NCBI GenBank assembly: GCA_017436605.1 | Contig: JAFSCW010000125.1 | Location: 1 to 57,773, forward strand | DNA length: 57,773 nt | Source of the DNA: Clostridia bacterium | GTDB lineage: Bacteria > Bacillota > Clostridia > Christensenellales > Aristaeellaceae | Direction of reading: 5' to 3' | Part shown: positions 1 through 5,943 of the stretch, in pieces | How the letters are laid out: each line of letters starts with the position of its first letter | Position numbering within the stretch: position 1 is the stretch's first letter | Notes under the pieces: generated by a model | Told to the model about the DNA's origin: nothing | The model's input: the letters and a program-made list of their open reading frames with translations, nothing else | Database searches by the model: none | Translations under genes and position numbers: made by a program

Positions 1-2
1 AG

Positions 3-119
3 ACCTATATCCCAACAGAATTCATTGGGTTGTATGAAAAATATGGCTATTGCTATGTAAAAGACATAGTAAACTACGGAAATGGAATTGACCGTTTGTA
101 TGTCAGAGAAATAAAATAG
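3..119 (+). CDS. 3' fragment of a GNAT-like N-acetyltransferase gene (5' end outside the window)
   Basis: The frame is open from the window edge to TAG at 117-119. The translation ...FIGLYEKYGYCYVKDIVNYGNGIDRLYVREIK resembles a GNAT C-terminus (YEKxGF-like). Confidence 0.4.
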   Translation, partial: TYIPTEFIGLYEKYGYCYVKDIVNYGNGIDRLYVREIK

Positions 120-129
120 ACTATTCATT

Positions 130-256
130 AAATTCCAATTTGCACATCTCAGTCCCCACAGTCTTGTATTCGGGGATGATATAGAGATAGTTCGGTAGCG
201 CGCTACATTCGCTATTCACGAGGTCTTAGGTATCGAATTCCTATATGCTCCACCAC
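130..256 (+). repeat. E1: conserved 3'-module copy 1, with a tRNA(Ala)-like acceptor/T-arm mimic
   Basis: The 66-nt core 191-256 differs from 1425-1490 at one position. It ends ...AGGTCTTAGGTATCGAATTCCTATATGCTCCACCAC. GGGG 172-175 can pair with CTCC 248-251. The module starts 11 nt after the upstream stop codon. Confidence 0.85.
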
Positions 257-257
257 G

Positions 258-285
258 AAGACCTTCTCGGAAGAGAAGGTCTTTT
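258..285 (+). terminator. Intrinsic terminator following E1
   Basis: AAGACCTTCTC-GGAA-GAGAAGGTCTT followed by TTTGC. The stem shows compensatory changes relative to the E2 terminator. Confidence 0.85.
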
Positions 286-368
286 GCATTTATGTACAGA
301 ATGAAACGTAAAAAGCAGTCTGATTGCACAAAAGAATCATCAGAGCAAGAAAGTGAACAACTTCACGT

Positions 369-416
369 GGGGCATTAGCACGGTTGGTAGCAGCGCATTC
401 GCATTGCTTGGAGCAC
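369..416 (+). repeat. E1b: diverged or truncated copy of the module that resembles a tRNA(Ala) 5' half
   Basis: GGGGCATTAGCACGGTTGGTAGCAGCGCATTCGCATTGC shares GGGG, GGTAGC, GCGC and ATTCGC blocks with E1-E3. It has no T-arm or CCA part. Confidence 0.55.
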
Positions 417-427
417 AGTTAACCAGG

Positions 428-462
428 GGCAGAGAATTGGGCAAAGAGTTCTCTGCCTTTTC
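428..462 (+). terminator. Intrinsic terminator following E1b
   Basis: GGCAGAGAA-12 nt-TTCTCTGCC followed by TTTTC. Confidence 0.7.
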
Positions 463-547
463 TATTCATGATTGATGATAGGTTTTGTTCGCGCCATCAT
501 AATACGAAAAATCAGAATTCATCGAAAGGATAGCAACAGCGAGTTGC

Positions 548-576
548 TTGTTAATCTGATAGTCTCACATTATAAT
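548..576 (+). promoter_or_regulatory. Sigma-70-type promoter for the XRE/Zn-ribbon gene
   Basis: TTGTTA (548-553), 17-nt spacer, TATAAT (571-576). It lies about 20 nt upstream of the GAGGTGA ribosome-binding site. Confidence 0.6.
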
Positions 577-596
577 AATCGTGAGGTGATGATTTT

Positions 597-1361
597 ATGG
601 AAACAAAAGATGTTATTCTGAGACTAAGAACAGACAAAGGCTTATCTCAAGATGAACTGGCTGAGAAAGTATATGTTACGCGTCAAGCCGTATCCCGTTG
701 GGAAAATGGAGAAACCACGCCAAACACCGAAACACTAAAACTGCTTTCCAAACTGTTCAATGTTTCTATCAATACACTTCTCGGTTCTCCACGACAGCTG
801 ATCTGCCAATGCTGTGGTATGCCATTGGAGGATACGAATATCAGCAAAGGAACGGATGGTTTTTTTAATGAAGAATACTGTAAATGGTGTTATGCAGATG
901 GAGAATACATGTATCATAACATGGATGACTTAATTGACGTCTGCATAAGCCATATGGCAAATGAACATTTCACACCCGAACAGGTACGCTTGCATATGAA
1001 GGACATGCTCCCGAAATTGAACTATTGGAAAAACTATACGAATTTGGCAGGAGCAGAAAAGTTTGAAGAGTTCAAAAGACAGCTTATAAATGAAATAAAC
1101 GCCCTGCACGTAGAAGGTATGCCGAGAGTAGAAAAACTGAATGCACTTGTAGGAGGATACATCAATCTTGAATATCGGCTGCCCAATGGAAAATGTGTGA
1201 AGTTCTTAAATGACGAAGCAACCTACTTGGGAAACCAGCTGGAATGTGAATTCGGCGGAGACAGATGTTTTGGGATTGCCGCCAACATGGATTTTATCAT
1301 GGTATCTACCTATGAGAAAAATGGCGAAAACCCAGAACTTGTCATTTACAAAAAAAGATAA
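597..1361 (+). CDS. XRE-family HTH regulator fused to a Cys4 zinc-ribbon and a C-terminal domain of unknown function
   Basis: N-terminus LSQDELAEKVYVTRQAVSRWENGETTPNTETLKLLSKLFNVSINTLL is an HTH_3 signature. It is followed by CQCCG...CKWC. RBS GAGGTGA lies 7 nt before the ATG. Confidence 0.85.
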   Translation: METKDVILRLRTDKGLSQDELAEKVYVTRQAVSRWENGETTPNTETLKLLSKLFNVSINTLLGSPRQLICQCCGMPLEDTNISKGTDGFFNEEYCKWCYADGEYMYHNMDDLIDVCISHMANEHFTPEQVRLHMKDMLPKLNYWKNYTNLAGAEKFEEFKRQLINEINALHVEGMPRVEKLNALVGGYINLEYRLPNGKCVKFLNDEATYLGNQLECEFGGDRCFGIAANMDFIMVSTYEKNGENPELVIYKKR

Positions 1362-1371
1362 ACTAACCTCG

Positions 1372-1490
1372 ATTTGCACATTACAGTATCCATGTCTCGC
1401 GTTTGGGGGCTGAGTTACGCATGCTTCGGTAGCGCGCTACATTCGCTATTCACGAGGTCGTAGGTATCGAATTCCTATATGCTCCACCAC
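1372..1490 (+). repeat. E2: conserved 3'-module copy 2, the best tRNA(Ala)-like copy
   Basis: GGGGC 1406-1410 pairs with GCTCC 1481-1485 (G3:U70), followed by A1486 and CCA 1487-1489. Contains the palindrome GTAGCGCGCTAC at 1429-1440. Confidence 0.85.
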
Positions 1491-1491
1491 C

Positions 1492-1519
1492 AAACCCTTC
1501 TCTTAAGAGAAGGGTTTTT
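1492..1519 (+). terminator. Intrinsic terminator following E2
   Basis: AAACCCTTCTC-TTAA-GAGAAGGGTTT followed by TTG. Homology to the E1 unit continues to 1535 (TTTTGCTTCATATACAGAAT). Confidence 0.85.
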
Positions 1520-1606
1520 GCTTCATATACAGAATATTGTATGAGCACGGAAAACTTGAATTTGTCGAACAGATAAAAATATATAGATTAAAGCAATTAA
1601 CGGAGT

Positions 1607-1972
1607 ATGAATATGAGATATAATTGGATTGATGATTATTTGTTATCAAAAAAAGGGGTAACAAAAAATCTTGAGAACTGGAATTGGATTAGATATCAAA
1701 TTATGGGCAAAATGTTTGCAGCAGTGTGTTGCGATGAGGCGGGAGTGCCTTATTGCATTACCTTAAAACTTGAACCAAACGAAGGCGCTTTTTTGCGGGA
1801 ACAGTATAAGGATATTTATCCCGGTCACTACATGAATAAAGTGCATTGGAATTCTATCAATCCAGATGGGGAAGTGCCAGATGATTTGTTAAAAGACTTG
1901 CTGGACAAATCGTATGGACTAATACTGGCAGGTTTTAGCAAAAAGAAACAAATGGAGATACTGGCAGAATAA
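1607..1972 (+). CDS. MmcQ/YjbR-family DNA-binding protein
   Basis: The 121-aa product contains ...ITLKLEPNEGAFLREQYKDIYPGHYMNKVHWNSI..., which is typical of the YjbR/MmcQ fold family. The start could be the second ATG at 1613. Confidence 0.8.
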   Translation: MNMRYNWIDDYLLSKKGVTKNLENWNWIRYQIMGKMFAAVCCDEAGVPYCITLKLEPNEGAFLREQYKDIYPGHYMNKVHWNSINPDGEVPDDLLKDLLDKSYGLILAGFSKKKQMEILAE

Positions 1973-1986
1973 CGGAGGGTAAAAGT

Positions 1987-2250
1987 ATGGCGAATTATAG
2001 TGTTTGTGGCATTGATTGTGATACATGTAAATTCAAAACAGAGCAAAATTGTAAAGGTTGCAAGGAAATAAAGGGTAATGTGTTTTGGGGCGAATGCGAA
2101 TTGTACAAGTGTAACGAAGAAAAGAAGCAGGAACATTGTGGCAAGTGTCCGGAATTTCCTTGTGACAAATTGAAAGAATGGGCTTCATCTGAAAATCCAG
2201 AAAGAATTGAGAACCTAAAAAGAATATTACAAATTCCAATTTGCAGATAG
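1987..2250 (+). CDS. DUF3795-like cysteine-rich small protein
   Basis: 87 aa with CGIDCDTC...CKGC...C..C...CGKCPEFPCDKL. RBS GGAGGG lies 7 nt upstream. The last 7 codons overlap the start of E3. Confidence 0.75.
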   Translation: MANYSVCGIDCDTCKFKTEQNCKGCKEIKGNVFWGECELYKCNEEKKQEHCGKCPEFPCDKLKEWASSENPERIENLKRILQIPICR

Positions 2251-2355
2251 CAGTTACTATTCACTTGCGTTGTGGCTGAGTTATGCACGCTTCGGCAGCG
2301 CGCTGCATTCGCTATTCACGAGGTCGTAGGTATCGAATTCATATATGCTCCACCT
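2231..2355 (+). repeat. E3: conserved 3'-module copy 3, the most diverged
   Basis: Core 2291-2356 differs from E2 at 4 positions. Two of these are the compensatory pair that turns GTAGCGCGCTAC into GCAGCGCGCTGC. It ends CCACCTC, so the CCA is lost. Confidence 0.85.
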
Positions 2356-2357
2356 CG

Positions 2358-2396
2358 TCACCACACGGTATTCATATAAACCTGTGGTGATTTTTT
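2358..2396 (+). terminator. Intrinsic terminator following E3
   Basis: TCACCACACGG-12 nt-CCTGTGGTGA followed by TTTTTT. Confidence 0.8.
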
Positions 2397-2403
2397 ATTG
2401 CCG

Positions 2404-2450
2404 AAAAAAGCCCGGAAGCCTTGCAGACCACAGAGGTTTCCGGGCTTTTT
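2404..2450. terminator. GC-rich bidirectional terminator at the AT-rich/GC-rich junction
   Basis: AAAAAAGCCCGGAA-20 nt-TTCCGGGCTTTTT, with an A-run on one side and a T-run on the other. Confidence 0.7.
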
Positions 2451-2600
2451 GCTATTGCTCGCGGTTAAGCGTCCGGCGATGCGAATAGCGGCATTTAGCC
2501 TCTTTCCGGCCTCCACCATCCGAAAAGCACAAACCGTCATCTTCCGATAAAAATAATTGTTGTTTTTTCTAAAATATCTGCGAAATATTCAAAGTGTTTT

Positions 2601-2629
2601 TTGACATTCAGTCAATACTCTGGTACAAT
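2601..2629 (+). promoter_or_regulatory. Near-consensus promoter of the Na+ symporter gene
   Basis: TTGACA (2601-2606), 17-nt spacer ending TGG (extended -10), TACAAT (2624-2629). This shows that the ORF-track start at 2601 is an artefact. Confidence 0.75.
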
Positions 2630-2663
2630 AAAGTGCAACAAATTACAGAGGAGTATGACTCTT

Positions 2664-4004
2664 ATGCAAAATCGTGAACGACTGTCTTCAAGACTCGGCT
2701 TCATCCTCCTGAGCGCAGGCTGCGCCATCGGCTGCGGCAACGTCTGGAAATTTCCCTGGATGGCCGGTCAGTACGGCGGCGGCGGCTTTGTGCTGATCTA
2801 CGCGCTGTGCCTCATCCTGCTCGGTCTGCCGGTCATGGTCATGGAATTCGCGCTGGGACGCGCTTCCCAGGCGAGCCCCGTGCGCATGTACCAGAAGCTC
2901 GAGAAGCCCGGCCAGAAATGGCATATCCACGGCTATCTGGCGCTCTTTGGCAACGTCTGCCTGATGTCCTTCTACACCGTCGTCTCCGGCTGGATCCTGT
3001 ATTACTTCGTCAGCTTCCTGACCGGCAACAACGCGGATCTGGGCTTTGTCAGCATGATCACCAACCCGGGCCTGAACATGCTCTACATGGGTATCGTGGT
3101 CGTCCTCGGCTTCCTCATCCTCAGCTATAACCTTCAGGGCGGTCTGGAGCGCGTAACCAAGGTCATGATGGTCGCGCTGCTTCTGCTGATGATCGTGCTG
3201 GCTGTCAACTCCGCGACGCTCTCCGGCGCCGCCGAAGGCCTCAAGTTCTATCTTCTGCCCGACTTTGCCAAGATCGACGCGAGCGTGATCGTCGGCGCGA
3301 TGAACCAGGCGTTCTTCACGCTGAGCCTGGGCATCGGCTCCATGGCGATCTTTGGCAGCTACATCGGCAAGGAGCGCACGCTGCTGGGCGAGTCCGTGAA
3401 CATCATCGTCCTGGACTCCTTCGTCGCCATCACCGCCGGCCTGATCATCTTCCCCGCCTGCTTCACCTACGGCGTGGAGGTCAATGCCGGCCCGTCCCTG
3501 CTGTTTGATACGATGGCCACCGTCTTCAACAACATGGCCGGCGGCAGGTTCTGGGGCAGCCTCTTCTTCCTGTTCATGGTCTTTGCGGCCATGTCCACCA
3601 TTCTGGCCGTGTTTGAGAACATCCTCGCCTGCGTGCGCGAGCTGACCGGCTGGAGCCGCCCGAAGGGCTGCATCGTCTGCGGCGTCGTGCTGTTCATCAC
3701 CTCCACCACCACCGCGCTGGGCTACAGCGTCATCAAGTTCCAGCCCTTCGCGGAGGGTTCCGCCTGGCTGGATCTGTGGGACTTCTTCGTCTCCACCAAC
3801 CTGCTGCCGCTGGGCTCTCTGGCCTTCGCCGTTTTCTGCTGCAATAAGCGCTATGGCTGGGGCTGGGACAAGTTCGTTGCTGAAGCCAACACCGGCAAGG
3901 GTCTGAAGGTTCAGCCGTGGATGAAGCCGCTGTTCGCCTATGTGGTGCCCTGCGCCATCATTCTGCTGTATGTCATCGGTCTGATCAACTTCCCGTGGCG
4001 CTGA
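2664..4004 (+). CDS. Sodium-dependent transporter of the SNF/NSS family
   Basis: Contains the GCAIGCGNVWKFPW NSS signature and is multi-TM throughout. RBS GAGGAG precedes the ATG at 2664; 2655 is an alternative start. Confidence 0.9.
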   Translation: MQNRERLSSRLGFILLSAGCAIGCGNVWKFPWMAGQYGGGGFVLIYALCLILLGLPVMVMEFALGRASQASPVRMYQKLEKPGQKWHIHGYLALFGNVCLMSFYTVVSGWILYYFVSFLTGNNADLGFVSMITNPGLNMLYMGIVVVLGFLILSYNLQGGLERVTKVMMVALLLLMIVLAVNSATLSGAAEGLKFYLLPDFAKIDASVIVGAMNQAFFTLSLGIGSMAIFGSYIGKERTLLGESVNIIVLDSFVAITAGLIIFPACFTYGVEVNAGPSLLFDTMATVFNNMAGGRFWGSLFFLFMVFAAMSTILAVFENILACVRELTGWSRPKGCIVCGVVLFITSTTTALGYSVIKFQPFAEGSAWLDLWDFFVSTNLLPLGSLAFAVFCCNKRYGWGWDKFVAEANTGKGLKVQPWMKPLFAYVVPCAIILLYVIGLINFPWR

Positions 4005-4022
4005 TCATCCTTCGCAAATTCA

Positions 4023-4054
4023 AGTCCTCTCCCCTCCGGGAGAGGACTTTTTTA
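4023..4054 (+). terminator. Intrinsic terminator
   Basis: AGTCCTCTCCC-CTCC-GGGAGAGGACT followed by TTTTT. Confidence 0.85.
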
Positions 4055-4108
4055 TATAGGCCCAAAAATCTTTTATGCGCTGAAGCGGTACAAGGGGAAA
4101 GCCGGATA

Positions 4109-4138
4109 TTGCCAGCCGATATGTCTTTATGATATAAT
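4109..4138 (+). promoter_or_regulatory. Promoter of the CoA-transferase gene
   Basis: TTGCCA, 18-nt spacer, TGATATAAT (extended -10). Confidence 0.6.
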
Positions 4139-4192
4139 GCGTGCTAATCGGCTTTATTCTCCCGGCATTTTATTCCAGAAAGGCGGACAACC

Positions 4193-5704
4193 ATGTACCG
4201 TATCATGACAGCGGACGAAGCGATCAGCCTGATCCGAGACGGCGACTGCATCTGCGTCAATTCCTTCGTCGGCATTGAAAACCCGGTCGAGCTCCATGAG
4301 GCGCTCTACCGCCGATATCAGAAGACCCACTCCCCCAAGCATCTGACCGTCGTTTCCAGCGCAGGCTTCGGCGTCTGGGACGAGGACAGGAGCGCAGAAG
4401 GCTATATCCGCGACGGCGCGGTCGACCGCCTGATCTGCGGCCATTTCGGCGCGATGCCCAGCACGAAGAAGATCATCCTTGAAAACCGCTTCGAAGCGTA
4501 CAACCTGCCGCTGGGCTGCATCTCCCATGCCATCCGCGCGCAGGCTGGCGGCATCCCAGGCGCGCTGTCCAAGGTCGGTCTGGATATCTTCGTCGATCCC
4601 CGCCGCGACGGCCCGGGCATCAACCAGATCTCTACCGACAGTTCGTTTGTCAAGCTCGTCGTCGTGGACAACGAGGAATTCCTCTACTACAAGCTCCCCA
4701 AGATCACCGTCGCGCTGATCAAGGGCACCGCCGCCGACCGCAAGGGCAACATCTCGTTTGACGATATGTACATGTCCGGCGACGCGCTGTCCATCTGCCA
4801 GGCAGCAAAATCCAACAACGGCATCGTCATCGTGCAGGTCGACCGCATTGTCGACATGCCCTCCCGCCCGCGCAACGCCATCATCCCCGGATGTCTGGTG
4901 GACGCCATCGTCGTCGAGAAGCCGGAAGCGCGGGACGACGCTTTCACCGCGCTCACGGGCAGCTTCGAGATTCCCTTTGAGGAATGGAGCTCCTGGACGG
5001 AAAAGCTCGAGGCCGTCACAAACGCCAGCCGCCAGCGCAGCCTCGCCGCGCATATCATCGGCCAGCGCGCCGAGCGCGAGCTGCACAAGGAGGATATCGT
5101 CAACATCGGCATCGGCATCCCGGAGATGGTCTCGCATTATGCCCGCCAAAGCGGCATGCTCGATCACATCACCCTGACCGTCGAATCCGGCGGCATCGGC
5201 GGCTTCCCGGCCTCCGGCAAGGTCTTCGGCGCGATGATCGGCGCGGCCTCCGTCTACGATATGGCCAACCAGTTCGACCTGTACAACCACGGCGGTCTGG
5301 ATATCTGCTTCATGGGCGCGCTGGAGGTCGACCGCTACGGCAACGTCAACGCCCACCGCGGCCCCGGCGCATACGCCGGCATCGGCGGCTTCGCCAACAT
5401 CACCGCACAGACGCCGACCGTCGTCTTCTGCCTGACGTTCAACACCAAGGGGCTCGAGGTCAGCCGGGACGGGGAGAATATCACCATCGAGCGCAACGGC
5501 TCCGTGCCCAAGTTCGTGCAGACCGTGCGCTCAATGAGCTTCTCCGCGCGCAATGCGATCAAAAACGGACAGAAGGTACTCTATATCACCGAGCGCTGTG
5601 TGTTCATCCTCACCGCCCGCGGTCTCAAGCTGCTGGAGGTTTACCCCGGCGTGGACGTCGAGCGCGATATTCTCTCGCAGCTCCCGTTCGATATTGAGGT
5701 CTGA
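4193..5704 (+). CDS. Family I acyl-CoA:acetate/propionate CoA-transferase (Pct/YdiF-like)
   Basis: 503 aa. Long collinear similarity to remembered propionate CoA-transferase sequences, for example ...VLYITERCVF.LT..GLKL.EV.PG.D.E.DIL at the C-terminus. Confidence 0.85.
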   Translation: MYRIMTADEAISLIRDGDCICVNSFVGIENPVELHEALYRRYQKTHSPKHLTVVSSAGFGVWDEDRSAEGYIRDGAVDRLICGHFGAMPSTKKIILENRFEAYNLPLGCISHAIRAQAGGIPGALSKVGLDIFVDPRRDGPGINQISTDSSFVKLVVVDNEEFLYYKLPKITVALIKGTAADRKGNISFDDMYMSGDALSICQAAKSNNGIVIVQVDRIVDMPSRPRNAIIPGCLVDAIVVEKPEARDDAFTALTGSFEIPFEEWSSWTEKLEAVTNASRQRSLAAHIIGQRAERELHKEDIVNIGIGIPEMVSHYARQSGMLDHITLTVESGGIGGFPASGKVFGAMIGAASVYDMANQFDLYNHGGLDICFMGALEVDRYGNVNAHRGPGAYAGIGGFANITAQTPTVVFCLTFNTKGLEVSRDGENITIERNGSVPKFVQTVRSMSFSARNAIKNGQKVLYITERCVFILTARGLKLLEVYPGVDVERDILSQLPFDIEV

Positions 5705-5729
5705 TCCGCAGCACAATGATAAAGATAAG

Positions 5730-5767
5730 CGGCTTCTCTCCCGCCGGGGCTGAGAAGCCGTTTTTTC
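5730..5767 (+). terminator. Intrinsic terminator
   Basis: CGGCTTCTC-12 nt-GAGAAGCCG followed by TTTTTTT. Confidence 0.8.
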
Positions 5768-5853
5768 ATCCAAACCTGACGTATTGGCGTTCGGCTCCTT
5801 TTACGGATGGATGTTCTTTTCTGTATTTCCTGTTAGTATTGCGCCGCGCCGCA

Positions 5854-5883
5854 TTGCAGTTTTCAAAGTGCATATGATATAAT
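5854..5883 (+). promoter_or_regulatory. Promoter of LRR paralog 1
   Basis: TTGCAG, 18-nt spacer, TGATATAAT. The -10 context CATATGATATAAT is echoed upstream of paralog 2. Confidence 0.55.
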
Positions 5884-5943
5884 ATTGGAAAACCAAGGAA
5901 TCTGCCAGCTTTTTGCTGCATGTCCAGAAAAGGAAGTGTCCAT

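Larger units (their letters stand above)
1..2400. mobile_element. AT-rich block of small accessory-gene units, probably horizontally acquired; the left end lies outside the window
   Basis: By eye the composition is AT-rich up to about 2400 and switches abruptly to GC-rich afterwards. The genes are small accessory types. Four copies of one repeat module punctuate the block. No recombinase is visible. Confidence 0.5.

Noticed and set aside
292-378. 28-codon ORF MYRMKRKKQSDCTKESSEQESEQLHVGH between E1 and E1b
   Set aside because: It has no RBS, is not conserved at the equivalent position after E2, and runs into the E1b repeat.
130-2355. E1-E3 as genuine tRNA or tmRNA genes
   Set aside because: No cloverleaf can be drawn. 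There is no D stem or anticodon stem, the T loop is 9 nt, and in E1 and E3 the acceptor pairing is limited to about four base pairs (five in E2). The elements are far too short and lack the tag ORF and pseudoknots needed for tmRNA. I treat them as tRNA-like mimics or derivatives only.
130-2355. E1-E3 as integron attC sites (a CALIN)
   Set aside because: I found no RYYYAAC / GTTRRRY R-boxes at the borders and no long imperfect bottom-strand hairpin. The units carry their own promoters and terminators, and no intI is visible. The layout resembles an integron but the sequence features do not.
2509-2518. GCCTCCACCA in the GC-rich flank as a displaced host tRNA/tmRNA 3' end (attR remnant)
   Set aside because: No T-arm-like sequence precedes it. 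It shares only the 8-mer CTCCACCA with the E copies, which could be chance.
2358-2540. 60-aa minus-strand ORF and a possible minus-strand small RNA between the array and the symporter gene
   Set aside because: The ORF crosses two terminator hairpins and has no RBS. The region has some self-complementarity (GCTATT...AATAGC), but I found no recognisable motif and no downstream gene for it to regulate.
2601-2663. N-terminal extensions in the ORF track. Examples: 2601, 5920, 8815, 12172, 14564, 15885, 16876, 18249, 21702, 26226, 39387, 42749, 52442, 54103, 55929.
   Set aside because: The upstream parts contain promoters, terminators or T-box elements and lack an RBS. In each case an internal start with a good Shine-Dalgarno site gives a family-typical N-terminus.
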